Below, one piece after another: positions 29,847 to 39,889 of a DNA stretch of 64,000 nt (positions are counted from its first letter, which is position 1; each line of letters opens with the position of its first letter). The DNA lies in assembly GCA_965203775.1 (NCBI GenBank), contig OZ241913.1, positions 1,081,390 through 1,145,389 on the forward strand, in the 5' to 3' direction. This stretch comes from Dehalococcoidia bacterium. GTDB lineage: Bacteria; Chloroflexota; Dehalococcoidia; Bin125. A program made the position numbers and the translations under genes. The notes under the pieces are model-generated. The model was not told where the DNA came from. It was given only the letters and a program-made list of their open reading frames with translations, and ran no database searches.

Positions 29847-31160
29847 ATGACGCGGCTCTACATCACCTCCGCGACCGGCGCGCTGAGCGCCGCCGACGCT
29901 CCCGTAGGCGGCGGCGTGGCCGTGCTCGAAGCGCTGCTGCCCCAGCTCGAGCGCGAGGCGATCGACTACACGCTGCTCACGCCCGGCTCCGTGGACGCGG
30001 TCGCCGGCCGCCGCCGCACGCTGGCCGTCCCCACCCTGCGCGGCGGGGACGCCGAGCGGCTGTTGCGGCTGGGCGAGCGCGACTACGCCCGCTTCGCGCT
30101 CGAGTGGCAGGCGGCGCTCAACCGCTTCTTCGCCGAGGTTCCCGCCGATGGCGCGGTGGTGCTGGCCAACGATGTCAGCGAGGGGCCGCCGTTTCGCGCC
30201 CTGGCGCGGCGCGGCTTTCGCCAGATCGTCCTCTTCCACGTGGTCGTCGCCGAGTTCTTCGCCTGCCGCTATCTGCGCTCGCTGCCGATCGGCGCGGCGC
30301 GCGCGGCGGCGCTCTGGCGCGGCGCGGAGCGCCTCGACCTGACCCGCTTCGCGCCCGACATCGCGCGGCTGGTCTGGCACAAAGAAGGCGAGGCCGCGCG
30401 CTACGCGGACGCGCTGGTGACGCCCTCCGCGCCGCTCGCCGCCTCCCTCGCAGCCTGCTACCCGCAGAGCGATGTTGCCCGCCGCTCGCACACCATCGAG
30501 TGGGGCGTAATCGGCGAGCCCAATCCGGGGCGCCGCGATCGCCGCGCGGCGGCCCTGGCCGCGGTCGGCGCGGACCGCAACCGCATGCAGCTGCTCACCC
30601 TCAGCCGCATCTCGCCGGAGAAACGGCTCGACCTGCTGCTCGACGCGCTGGCGCTGATCGAGCGCCAGTCGCCCGCGACGGCGCAGCGACTCGAGCTGAC
30701 CATCGCCGGCGCGCCCGCCTACATGGGCGGCGACGCCTACTTCGAGCAGCTGCGCCGCCGGGCGCGGCGCTTGCGCTTCGTCCCCGTGCGCTTCCCCGGC
30801 TACGTCTCCGCGCCGCTCAAGTGGGAGCTGCTGGCCGCCGCCGACCTGCTCTGCTCGCCCTCGCTCTACGAGGCCTACGGACTGACCATCGCCCAGGCGC
30901 TCGCCTCGGGCGCGCCCGTCCTGGCCGCCGACCACGAGGGCGCGCAGGCGATCATCACGCCGGCGACGGGCTGGATCGCCCGCGGGCGCGCGACCAACTT
31001 CGCGGCGGCGATCCGCCGCGCCGCCGCCGCGCACGAGACGGGCGAGCTGCGCGCGATGCGCGAGGCCGCGGCCGCCTGGGGCGCGGCGCACCCGTTCTCG
31101 CACGCCGCGTCGCGCATCATCCAACTCATCCGTACCCTGTCGCGGGAGGTGGCGCCATGA
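29847..31160 (+). CDS. glycosyltransferase family 4 (GT-B, RfaG-like)
   Basis: C-terminal EAYGLTIAQALASGAPVLA GT4 motif. ATG at 29847. Confidence 0.7.
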   Translation: MTRLYITSATGALSAADAPVGGGVAVLEALLPQLEREAIDYTLLTPGSVDAVAGRRRTLAVPTLRGGDAERLLRLGERDYARFALEWQAALNRFFAEVPADGAVVLANDVSEGPPFRALARRGFRQIVLFHVVVAEFFACRYLRSLPIGAARAAALWRGAERLDLTRFAPDIARLVWHKEGEAARYADALVTPSAPLAASLAACYPQSDVARRSHTIEWGVIGEPNPGRRDRRAAALAAVGADRNRMQLLTLSRISPEKRLDLLLDALALIERQSPATAQRLELTIAGAPAYMGGDAYFEQLRRRARRLRFVPVRFPGYVSAPLKWELLAAADLLCSPSLYEAYGLTIAQALASGAPVLAADHEGAQAIITPATGWIARGRATNFAAAIRRAAAAHETGELRAMREAAAAWGAAHPFSHAASRIIQLIRTLSREVAP

Positions 31161-31789
31161 CCAACCAACGCGCCGTGCTGTTCGACTTTGGCGGCGTCCT
31201 GATCCGCATGGACGCCGACGCCTACGACGGAATCGGCGAGCGCTGGAATCTGCCGCCCGGCGCGCTGATCGAGGCCTTCTACACGATCCCCGAGTGGCAC
31301 GCGATCGAGACCGGCGAGGGCAACTGGGAGCGCTGGCAGCGCGGCGTCGAGCAGCGCCTCGCGCCCTGGCTGACCGATCCCGTCGGCGATGTCCAGGCAA
31401 TTCTCGACGCCTGGTACGCGCAGCCCTGGCGCTATCACCTGCCCAACTTCGAGCTCGCCCGCGAATTGCAGGCAAGCGGCTGCAAGATCGGCGTGCTCAG
31501 CAACGCGCCCGACGACTTCCGCGAGACCTTTCTGAGCAGATCGCCGATCGGGATCGAGTGGGATGCGATCGTCGTCTCCGGCGAGGTCGGCATGCGCAAG
31601 CCCGATCCACGCATTTTCCACCTCGCCGCCGATCAGATCGGCGAGCCGCCCGAACGCTGCTTCTTCATCGACGATCTCCAGGAGAACGCCGCCGGCGCGC
31701 GGGCGATCGGGATGCGCGCCTTCCACTTCACCCGCAGCAACTACCGCGCCCTGCGAATCGCGCTGCGCACGGCGGGGATCGACTGCTGA
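31157..31789 (+). CDS. HAD family hydrolase
   Basis: VLFDFGGVL motif I, SN..D motif. ATGA overlap with the glycosyltransferase stop. Confidence 0.7.
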   Translation: MTNQRAVLFDFGGVLIRMDADAYDGIGERWNLPPGALIEAFYTIPEWHAIETGEGNWERWQRGVEQRLAPWLTDPVGDVQAILDAWYAQPWRYHLPNFELARELQASGCKIGVLSNAPDDFRETFLSRSPIGIEWDAIVVSGEVGMRKPDPRIFHLAADQIGEPPERCFFIDDLQENAAGARAIGMRAFHFTRSNYRALRIALRTAGIDC

Positions 31790-31792
31790 GCG

Positions 31793-32596
31793 CTACTCCT
31801 CGGGCGATTTGGCGGCCTGCGTCCGCTCGCGCAGCGCGACGTGAAAGATGGCAGCGAAGACCGCGCCCAGTCCCGGCGCAACCCAGTAGACCCAGTGGTC
31901 GGACCAGAACCAGGCCAGCGCGGCCGGCCCGAATGCGCGCGCCGGATTCATCGACGCCCCGCTCACGTCGCCGCCCAGCGCCACCGCCGCCGCGACGTAG
32001 AGCCCGATCGCCACAGCGAAGACCGGCCCGACGCTGCGCCGCTCGGCCAGCAGCAGAATCGCGTAGACCAGGAAAAACGTCAGCACGATCTCCATCCCGA
32101 TCGTCTGCATCAGCGGACCGCCGGGCATGTTCGCGCCGAGCGACGAAACGCCCTCCCCGGTGTGGTTGCGGAACAGCCCGTGCAGCACCGACCCGGCGAT
32201 CAGCGCGCCGGCCAGCTGCGCGCCAACGTAGGGCGCGAGCCGCCGCCCCGGCAGCCGCCCCGACAGCCACAGCCCCAGCGAGACCGCGGGATTCAGGTGC
32301 GCGCCCGAAATGCTCCAGAAGGCGAAGATCATCACCGCCACGCCGAAGCCGTTGACCAGCCCCACCCCCAGCATCCCCAGATTGCCGCTCGCCCACCAGT
32401 TGACATGCGCCGAGCCCGCGCAGAAAAACACCAGCCCAAACGTGCCCAGCACCTCCGCCATCACCCAGCGCGCATGCGCCGCGTTGCCCCGCAACACAGC
32501 CGGCAGCCAACCCCCAACCACCCGCCCAGCCCGCTCCAGCGGCCCCACAACCAGCGCCCCAGCACCCAGCGGCTCAGTACCATCCTCAGCGCACAT
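31793..32596 (-). CDS. MIP/aquaporin family channel (start uncertain; the ATG at 32459-32461 gives a typical short N-terminus)
   Basis: Two NPA boxes (NPAVSLG and NPARAFG). The N-terminal 38 codons of the 6-frame ORF are repeat-encoded. Confidence 0.75.
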   Translation of the reverse strand: MCAEDGTEPLGAGALVVGPLERAGRVVGGWLPAVLRGNAAHARWVMAEVLGTFGLVFFCAGSAHVNWWASGNLGMLGVGLVNGFGVAVMIFAFWSISGAHLNPAVSLGLWLSGRLPGRRLAPYVGAQLAGALIAGSVLHGLFRNHTGEGVSSLGANMPGGPLMQTIGMEIVLTFFLVYAILLLAERRSVGPVFAVAIGLYVAAAVALGGDVSGASMNPARAFGPAALAWFWSDHWVYWVAPGLGAVFAAIFHVALRERTQAAKSPEE

Positions 32597-32599
32597 ACG

Positions 32600-32989
32600 C
32601 CGAGCATACGCAGCGCCCGCACCCCACCCGTCATTCCTGCGCAGGCAGGAACCCACGCCTCCCTCTCCGTCATTCCTGCGCAGGCAGGAACCGCACCCCC
32701 TCTCCGTCATTCCCGCGCTCCTCCTCCGTCATTCCTGCGCAGGCAGGAACCCACCCACCCCACCACCCACCCCTTCCCCAATTCATCCCTCCCCCCTTTT
32801 AGGGGGGAGGTTAGGAGGGGGGTGGAAAGCCCCGAGCGTCCACCAGCGGCCGAGCGCGGCAACCCGCACCCACCAAGACGCATCCACACTCCCTTCACCC
32901 TCGCGCCTCCTCTCCGTCATTCCTGCGCAGGCAGGAACCCTCCCACCCCACCACCCACCCCTTCCCCAATTCATCCCTCCCCCCTTTTA
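32600..32989. repeat. composite REP-like array (modules A and B). The last module B is interrupted by the IS5-family insertion
   Basis: Sequence match to other arrays. Confidence 0.85.
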
Positions 32990-34177
32990 GAGACCTTTGA
33001 AAAAGTCGGCTGGCGGGGTTGTTGGGGGCGTTTTAGGGCGCGGGATGGCGCGGTTGGGGCCTTGCGCGGGGGGTTCGGGCGGGTGTTTTTGGGGCTGCGC
33101 GGGCGGGTTGGGCGCACTGCGCCCGGCGGCGGCGAGGCTTAGACTGCGGCCTGCAGCCGCACGAGTTTGCGCAGGTTGAAGGCGAGGCATTTGAGGTAGA
33201 ACTCGAAGCGGTTGCGCTCCAGGCTGTAGTAGCGCGTGGTGCGGTAGCCGTAGCTGCGTTTGAACGTGCCGAAGACCGGCTCGACCTTGCGTCTGGTTCG
33301 CTCCCAGAGCGCGTTCAGTTCGCGCTCCGCCTCCGTCAGCGGGTGGTAGCGGTCGGCCCGTCTGAGGATGCGGCAGTCGATCCGCATCGCCTCCAGCAGT
33401 GCGCGCCGCTCGGCCTTGTCGTAGGCGCGGTCGGCGTGCACCGCCGCCTCGTCGCCGGTCAGCAGCGCCTCGGCGACCTGCGACTCGTTGACGTTGGCCG
33501 GGGTGAAGACGCCGCGGCGGATCAGTTGGGTGTCGGCGTCGACCCCGATGTGGCCTTTGTAGCCGTAGCAGGCGTTCCCGCGGGCGCCGCCCCAGGCGGC
33601 GTCCGGGTCGGTCGGCCCCTGGGCCGACTTGGAGCGCCGCCGCGAGGCCTGCGCCTCGATCAGCGTGGCGTCCATCAGCGTCGCGCGGCCCGGCTCGATG
33701 AACAGCCCCTGCGCCTCCAACTGCTCGTCCAACTCGCGCAGCAGCGCCTCGCCCAGCCCGCGCTGCGCGAACAGCGCGCGGTAACGGCTGATCGTGGAGT
33801 GATCGGGGATCTCCTCGCAGAGGCTCAGCCCCGCGAAGCGGCAGAACGAGGCGCGCTCCCAGAGCATGTCCTCCATCGCCGGGTCGGACAGGTCGCGCCA
33901 CTGCTGCAGCAGACAGATTTTGAGCATGACCAGCGCCGGGTAGGCCTTGCGGCCCATCCGCGAGCCGTGCAGCCCGGCCAGCAGCCGCGCGAAGCGCGTC
34001 CAGTCAATCGCCGCGTGGATCGCCTCCAACTGCGCGTTGCGCCCGCGACGCTCCGGTATCTGCGCCTCGCCGAACGACCCCTGCCTGCGCTCACGCTCCA
34101 TGCCGCACCCCTTTCGCGTCCAACCCACCGCGTTCCCCACAAGAATCGCCGATCCCCCAGAGTTGTGCAAAGGTCTC
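32990..34177 (-). mobile_element. IS5-family insertion sequence (1188 bp) with 10-bp terminal inverted repeats GAGACCTTTG and 5-bp target-site duplication TTTTA
   Basis: Left end GAGACCTTTGAAAAAG, right end CAAAGGTCTC. Flanking TTTTA at 32985-32989 and 34178-34182. Removing the element restores an intact module-B repeat CCCCCCTTTTAGGGGGG. Confidence 0.8.
33139..34170 (-). CDS. IS5-family DDE transposase
   Basis: YGYKGHIGVDADTQLIRRGVFTPANVNESQ ... VEPVFGTFKRSYGY ... FYLKCLAFNLRKL, typical of the IS5 group. Confidence 0.8.
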   Translation of the reverse strand: MHNSGGSAILVGNAVGWTRKGCGMERERRQGSFGEAQIPERRGRNAQLEAIHAAIDWTRFARLLAGLHGSRMGRKAYPALVMLKICLLQQWRDLSDPAMEDMLWERASFCRFAGLSLCEEIPDHSTISRYRALFAQRGLGEALLRELDEQLEAQGLFIEPGRATLMDATLIEAQASRRRSKSAQGPTDPDAAWGGARGNACYGYKGHIGVDADTQLIRRGVFTPANVNESQVAEALLTGDEAAVHADRAYDKAERRALLEAMRIDCRILRRADRYHPLTEAERELNALWERTRRKVEPVFGTFKRSYGYRTTRYYSLERNRFEFYLKCLAFNLRKLVRLQAAV

Positions 34178-34431
34178 TTTTAGGGGGGAGGTTAGGTGGG
34201 GGGTGAGAGGCCCCGAGCGTCCACCAGCGGCCGAGCGCGACAACCCGCACCCTCCAAGACGCATCCACACTCCCGTCATTCCTGCCTCCCCACCGTCATT
34301 CCTGCGCAGGCAGGAACCCGCGACGAGCGCAGCTATGACGAAGGCGCCCCACTGGTGTAAAGTGACAACCGTGAACCACACCGCCAACCCCCAAACCACC
34401 GCCCAACGCGCCGGCCGCGCGTTGGCGGCGC

Positions 34432-36249
34432 TTACCCGATCGGGGGGGGGGGGGGGATAAATTCCTCCCGATCGCCCTCGCGATCGCCGCGCTCCTGCTC
34501 GCCGCCCTGACCCTTGCCCAGGCCGCCACGCCCACCTCAACCAGCCGCTACCTCGCGCTGGACGCCGGCGGCGAGCACCAATGCACCCTCCGCGCCGACG
34601 GCGTGATTCGCTGCTGGGGCGGCAACTCATCCGAGCTGCGCGATGTTCCGGAGGGGCGCTACGCGGCGGTCGGTGCCGGGGCGTGGCACAACTGCGCGAT
34701 TCGGCGGGGGAGCGGGGATGTCGTCTGCTGGGGCGGAGACTCGAACGCGCCTGACGGCGCGTTCGTTGATGTGGCCGCAGGCTGGCAGTTCGCCTGCGGC
34801 GTGCGCGAGGCAGGCGAGCTTGAGTGCTGGGGAACCAGCAGCTTCGGGCGCAGCGTGCTCGACTACGGCCAAGCGGAGCCGCCCGATGGCGAATTCAGCG
34901 CGGTTAGCGCCGGCTACCTGCACGCCTGCGGACTGCAAACGACAGGCGAAATCACCTGTTGGGGCCGCGCCAACCTCGGACGCACCAACGCGCCATCAGG
35001 CACTTTCACCCAAGTAAGCGCCGGCACCACGCACAGCTGCGCCCTGCGCGAAACCGGCGCAGCCGAATGCTGGGGCCTCAACAACTTCGGCCAGATGGAC
35101 GCTCCCTCAGGCGTCTTCACCCAAATCAGCGCCGGAGCCTGGCACAGCTGCGGGTTGCGCGAATCAGGCGCAATCGAATGCTGGGGCGACGACCGCTACG
35201 GCCAGTCCAACGCCCCATCCGGGCGCTACCTCGCCGTGAGCGCGGGAATGCGCCACTCCTGCGCCCTAAGCCGCGCGGGCACGCGCTGCTGGGGCGGGCA
35301 GGACGATCGCCTGCCTGAGCTGATTGTGGAGCTCGCGCCGGCAAGCAGCACCCGGACCGTCGCGGCTCCCTCAAGCGGCGACGAAAGCGATACGACGCCG
35401 GACCCTGTGACGCCCACGCCGACACCAACACCGACTCCGCCGACGACGACCTTCACCACGCTGAGCGCGGGCGACTATCACAACTGCGCGCGACGCAGCA
35501 CGGGCACGATCGACTGCTGGGGCAGTAACACAAACGGTCAGAGCGCCGATCCCTCCGGCAGCAGCTTCACGACAGCCAGCGCGGGCACCTCGCAGAGCTG
35601 CGGGCTGACCAGCGCCGGTGCGCTCTCCTGCTGGGGGCTGAGCACTACGCGTCCGACCACGGCGCAGGCGCAATCCAGCACGTTCACCGCGGTTGACGCC
35701 GGCGGGGTTGTCTGCGCCGTGCGCAGCGCGGGCACGCTCGCCTGCTGGGGGACGGCCGCCTATGGCGAAGACACGCCACCGACGGGCAGCAGCTTTACGG
35801 CGGTGAGCGTGGGCGACGAGCACGCCTGTGCGCTGAGCAGCGCGGGCGCCATCTCCTGTTGGGGTCGAAGCGCCAATGGGCGGACGACGGTTACGGCTGG
35901 CACGTATACGGCCGTGAGCGCGGGCGGGTTCCATAGCTGCGGGCTGACCAGCACGGGCGCGATCGTCTGCTGGGGCTGGAATGGCTACGGTCAGAGCGCC
36001 GCGCAAACGGGGACATTCACGGCGGTCAGCGCGGGCTGGGGGCACACCTGCGGCCTGCGCAGCACGGGCGCGATCGAGTGCTGGGGTCGGAGCAGCGCCC
36101 ACCCGACCACGGCGCAGGGGCAATCGAGCACGTTCACGGCGGTCGCGGCAGGCCGCGATCACACCTGCGGGCTGAAGAGCGACGGCACGATCGCCTGCTG
36201 GGGCAGCAACGCGAGCGGGCAAGCGCCGACGGCGGGCGTGTCGCCGTAG
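34432..36249 (+). CDS. RCC1-like double beta-propeller secreted protein, paralog 2. Canonical TTG start replaced by TTA; G15 tract at 34442-34456; first usable in-frame start GTG at 34603
   Basis: The frame is open from 34432 and encodes the same signal peptide as paralogs 1 and 3, but the track ORF starts at 34603 because no start codon remains upstream. Confidence 0.55.
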   Translation, partial: LPDRGGGGDKFLPIALAIAALLLAALTLAQAATPTSTSRYLALDAGGEHQCTLRADGVIRCWGGNSSELRDVPEGRYAAVGAGAWHNCAIRRGSGDVVCWGGDSNAPDGAFVDVAAGWQFACGVREAGELECWGTSSFGRSVLDYGQAEPPDGEFSAVSAGYLHACGLQTTGEITCWGRANLGRTNAPSGTFTQVSAGTTHSCALRETGAAECWGLNNFGQMDAPSGVFTQISAGAWHSCGLRESGAIECWGDDRYGQSNAPSGRYLAVSAGMRHSCALSRAGTRCWGGQDDRLPELIVELAPASSTRTVAAPSSGDESDTTPDPVTPTPTPTPTPPTTTFTTLSAGDYHNCARRSTGTIDCWGSNTNGQSADPSGSSFTTASAGTSQSCGLTSAGALSCWGLSTTRPTTAQAQSSTFTAVDAGGVVCAVRSAGTLACWGTAAYGEDTPPTGSSFTAVSVGDEHACALSSAGAISCWGRSANGRTTVTAGTYTAVSAGGFHSCGLTSTGAIVCWGWNGYGQSAAQTGTFTAVSAGWGHTCGLRSTGAIECWGRSSAHPTTAQGQSSTFTAVAAGRDHTCGLKSDGTIACWGSNASGQAPTAGVSP

Positions 36250-36419
36250 TCTCAACTCCGTCATAGCTGCGCATGCCGCCTGTGTGGGCGGGGGTGGGAG
36301 AGGGTAGGGGCTTGGGTGCTGTGTTCGGCGAGATACCCGCGGCGGAGCGCGGGTATGACGGATCTTTCTTGCGCGGGTATGACATGGGGGCGCGGGTGCG
36401 ACGGCAGTGTGAACAGGTA

Positions 36420-37520
36420 CTAAAGCGCCGCCAGATCCACCGGCGCGCCTGAGCGCGCCGACTCATAGATGCCGAAGACAATCTTCATCGTTTCGATGTT
36501 GTCGCGCCCACTGCTGATCGGCTCGCCGCCGTCCAGGCAGCAGCGCGCGAAATGCTGGATTTCGTTGATGTAGGGATCATCGGTGGGCAAGCCGAGGTCG
36601 TCCGTCTCAATCGGCTCAAAGCTTTGCGCGCCGCGAAAGCCGCGCTCCCCATCCTGCGCGGCGCTGGCGATTACCGCCGGGGCGCGGTGCGCGGCCAGCG
36701 GCGATCCGTCTTCAGGCGGCGGCGTCCAGGCGCTGCCGTGCTCGCCCAACAGCATCAGCTGAAACGCCCACGGCGTGCGGCTGCTGAAGCTGGCCGTGAG
36801 CTGCCCCACCGCGCCGTTGGCGAACTCCAGCGTCGCCGCGGCGCGATCTTCCGCGCCGTTGCTGAAGCTCGGATGGCCCGTCCAGCTGCGCGCGTCCACC
36901 CGCGCAACCTCGCCCACGAGATAGCGCAGCAGATCGAGATGGTGCACCGCAAGCATCGTCACCACGCCCCCGCCGCCGCGCTTGCCGTCGAAACCCCACC
37001 AGCCGGCGCCCGGGGCGATCGGCTGCCGGCCGTCCTCCAGCGCGGCGGTCAGGAAGGTGTCGCAGCGGGCCGACCAGATGCGCCCCAGCTCGCCCGCCTG
37101 GATGCGCCGCCGCAGACCCACATAGCTGGGCACGTGGCGCAGCTGCTGCGCGACCATGAATGTCACGCCCGCCCGCTCCGTCGCCTCCAGAATTGCGCGG
37201 CACTCGTCGAGCGAGATCGCCATCGGCTTCTCGAGCAGCACATGCTTGCCCGCCCGCGCCGCGGCGATCGCCAGCGGCGCGTGCTGGTCGTGGATCGTGC
37301 AGATGTCGACCGCGTCCACATCCGACTGCGCGAGCAGCTGCTCGGCGTCGCTGAACACCGCGTCCACGCCCGCCTCGTCGGCGAAGCGCCGCGCCGCGTC
37401 CTCGCGGATGTCGCACACAGCGGTGAGCCGCACCTCGTCGGGCGCGAGCTGGTAGCCGGGCAGGTGCATCCGCGAGATCGAGCCGGTCCCGATCAGGCCA
37501 ACTTTCAGCGGCTCAGTCAT
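36420..37520 (-). CDS. Gfo/Idh/MocA family oxidoreductase
   Basis: VGLIGTGSISRMHLPGY N-terminal Rossmann, EKPMA motif. ATG at 37518-37520. Confidence 0.8.
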   Translation of the reverse strand: MTEPLKVGLIGTGSISRMHLPGYQLAPDEVRLTAVCDIREDAARRFADEAGVDAVFSDAEQLLAQSDVDAVDICTIHDQHAPLAIAAARAGKHVLLEKPMAISLDECRAILEATERAGVTFMVAQQLRHVPSYVGLRRRIQAGELGRIWSARCDTFLTAALEDGRQPIAPGAGWWGFDGKRGGGGVVTMLAVHHLDLLRYLVGEVARVDARSWTGHPSFSNGAEDRAAATLEFANGAVGQLTASFSSRTPWAFQLMLLGEHGSAWTPPPEDGSPLAAHRAPAVIASAAQDGERGFRGAQSFEPIETDDLGLPTDDPYINEIQHFARCCLDGGEPISSGRDNIETMKIVFGIYESARSGAPVDLAAL

Positions 37521-37644
37521 GGCGCCCGCCGTTTCTCTGCGCAACGATAGCGATCTGCGGACGCGCTGTTAGCGTGGGCCCAGCGCAGCCGAGCACGAGC
37601 AAGTCAAAGCGGACACGGCGACGGCAGCCGACTGACTTCGGCCC

Positions 37645-38616
37645 CTACTTGCGGGCGATGGCCCGGCGGGCGGCGTCGGCGATCGCGGTCGGGGTGAGCT
37701 CGAAGCGCTCCAGCAGCGCTTGCCAGGGCCCCGACTCGCCGAAGCGGTCGGCGACGCCGACCTGCTCCATCGGCGCGGGCGAGTGGAGCGCAAGCACGCG
37801 CGCGACGGCCGAGCCGAGTCCGCCGATCACGTTGTGCTCTTCGGCGGCCACGATTGCGCCGGTTTCGCGCGCCGCGGCGATGATCGCCGCCTCATCGAGC
37901 GGCTTGAGCGAGGCCATGTTGAGCACGCGCGCCTCAATGCCCTCGGTGGCCAGGGCGGCGGCGGCCCGCAGGGCGGGCTCGACCAGCAGGCCGCAGGCGA
38001 GCAGCGCGACATCCGAGCCCTCGCGCAGCAGGTCGGCGCGGCCCAACTCGAAGCGCGGGCCGGCGGCGTAGACGACGGGCAGCTTGGGGCGGCCGACGCG
38101 GATGTACCAGGGCTCGGCGTCCTGCGCGGCGGCGACCATCGCCGCTTCGGCCTCGACGATGTCGCAGGGCGCGACCACGTTCATGCCCGGCAGCGCGGTC
38201 ATCAGCGCGAGATCTTCGATCGCCTGCGCGGATGCGCCGTCTTCGCCCACGCTCACGCCGCCGTGGCTGGCGACGAGCTTGACGTTCATGCGCTGCTGGG
38301 CAATCTGCACGCGGATTTGGTCGTAGCAGTGGCCGGGCAGGAAGACGGCGAAGGAGGCGGCGAAGACGGTCTTGCCGGTGGCGGCGAGGCCGGCGGCGAT
38401 GGAGATCAGGTTGGCTTCCGCGGCGCCAACGGTGTACCAGCGCTCGGGGAATTCGGCGGCCAGCTTGTTGCCCCCGGTCGAGGCGGAGAGGTCCGCGTCG
38501 AGCGCAACGAGGTCGCAGCCCTCGCGGGCGAGGCGCAGCAGCGCAGGGCCGTAGGCCTCGCGTGTCGCGGCGGGCGGGGCGGCGGCGGGCGCGGCGGGCG
38601 CGGACTGAGTGGTCAT
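37645..38616 (-). CDS. transketolase, C-terminal subunit (pyrimidine-binding + C-terminal domains)
   Basis: Split-transketolase architecture. ATGA overlap with the N-terminal subunit. Confidence 0.8.
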   Translation of the reverse strand: MTTQSAPAAPAAAPPAATREAYGPALLRLAREGCDLVALDADLSASTGGNKLAAEFPERWYTVGAAEANLISIAAGLAATGKTVFAASFAVFLPGHCYDQIRVQIAQQRMNVKLVASHGGVSVGEDGASAQAIEDLALMTALPGMNVVAPCDIVEAEAAMVAAAQDAEPWYIRVGRPKLPVVYAAGPRFELGRADLLREGSDVALLACGLLVEPALRAAAALATEGIEARVLNMASLKPLDEAAIIAAARETGAIVAAEEHNVIGGLGSAVARVLALHSPAPMEQVGVADRFGESGPWQALLERFELTPTAIADAARRAIARK

Positions 38617-39455
38617 CCGCGAATCTCCGCGAGCGCCTGGGCGAGCTGCTCGTCGCTCGGACCTTTGCCGTGCCAGCCGGCCGGGTTGTCGGCCATAAAC
38701 GAGACGCCTTTGCCCTTGACCGTCTCGGCGATCACGACCTGCGGCCCGGGCGCCGCGCGGGCGGCGCAGAGCGCCTTGACGACCGCGCCAACGTCGTGTC
38801 CGTCAACGTTGTGGACGCCCCAGCCGAAGGCGGACCATTTGTCGTCGAGCGGCTCGATGCGCATGATTTCAGCGCCTGGGCCGTCGTTCTGGAAGTGGTT
38901 GCGGTCGACGATCGCGGTCAGGTTGTCGAGCGCGAAGTGGGCGGCCGACATCGCCGCCTCCCAGTTCTGCCCTTCATTGAGTTCGCCGTCGCCGAGCAGG
39001 CACCAGGTGTGGGAAGCGCACCCGTCGAGCCGGTGTCCGAGCGCGAGGCCGACGCTGAAGGAGAGGCCCATGCCCAGCGCGCCGCCGCTCATCTCCACGC
39101 CCGGCGGGCGGCCGCGCACGACATGCCCCTGCAGGTCGCTGCCCAGCGAGCGGAAGCCGGACAGCGAGTCGGGGCTGAAGTAGCCGGCTTCGGCGAGCGC
39201 GGCGTAGATCACGGGCGTGGCGTGGCCCTTGGAGAGCACGAAGCGATCGCGCTCCGGCCAGTCGGGGTCGGTCGGGTCGTGGCGCATTACGCCGCCGAAA
39301 TAAAGCGCGGTGAGAATTTCGACGGCGGAGAGCGAGCCGCCCGGGTGGCCGGACTGCGCGGCGTGAGTCATGCGCACGATGTGCTCGCGGAGGCGGCGGG
39401 CGATCGTTTCGAGCTCGGCGGTCTTGGGGGCCTGCGTCAACTGCTCGGTGGTCAT
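38613..39455 (-). CDS. transketolase, N-terminal subunit (TPP-binding)
   Basis: SGHPGGSLS ... GDGELNEGQNWEA TPP-binding motifs. ATG at 39453-39455. Confidence 0.8.
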   Translation of the reverse strand: MTTEQLTQAPKTAELETIARRLREHIVRMTHAAQSGHPGGSLSAVEILTALYFGGVMRHDPTDPDWPERDRFVLSKGHATPVIYAALAEAGYFSPDSLSGFRSLGSDLQGHVVRGRPPGVEMSGGALGMGLSFSVGLALGHRLDGCASHTWCLLGDGELNEGQNWEAAMSAAHFALDNLTAIVDRNHFQNDGPGAEIMRIEPLDDKWSAFGWGVHNVDGHDVGAVVKALCAARAAPGPQVVIAETVKGKGVSFMADNPAGWHGKGPSDEQLAQALAEIRG

Positions 39456-39577
39456 CGCATCCCGGGCTGATCTGCGAGCTGGACCGGCCAGGCGTGGGCC
39501 GGTTCGGGCGTTGCGGCTTGCGCGCAATGCTAACGGCGCGCTGGGCGGCCGTCGCAGACATAAGCGCGTAGGCTGGG

Positions 39578-39835
39578 TTGGTGACTGAGCCCGCCGAGGA
39601 ATCGTTCGACGAATCGTTGCGCCTGTTCATCGCCGCGCGGCTGCCAGAGCGCGCGCAAGCGGAGGCGGGCGCGGCGCTGGCGCAGCTGCGCGCGGCGGGC
39701 TTGCCCGGCTGGCGCTGGGTTCGGCCGGCCGGGCTGCACCTGACGCTTCGCTTCCTGGGCGAGACGCGGCCCGATCAGGTCTGCCCCGCCGCCGAGGCGA
39801 TGCGGCTGAACGAAGAGCTGAGCGGCGCGGGTTGA
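39578..39835 (+). pseudogene. N-terminal fragment of RNA 2',3'-cyclic phosphodiesterase (ThpR/LigT, 2H family)
   Basis: RLFIAARLP ... LHLTLRFLGE (first HxT motif) but only 85 aa. The second HxT half is absent. Confidence 0.5.
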
Positions 39836-39889
39836 GCGGCGCTGTAGAATAAGGAGGCCGACTGAGCGAGGGACCTGCGAGGAGCAGCA

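Noticed and set aside
34203-34460. 85-aa ORF ending ...RSGGGGG* that reads through the G15 tract upstream of RCC1-like paralog 2 (similar ORF 13336..13551)
   Set aside because: It is composed of repeat-module and leader sequence. The Gly run is simply the G tract read in another frame. The same pseudo-ORF appears wherever the leader occurs.
37645-39455. Split transketolase as a pseudogene caused by frameshift
   Set aside because: N-terminal and C-terminal halves as separate, overlapping (ATGA) genes is a known two-subunit transketolase organisation. Both ORFs have intact motifs.
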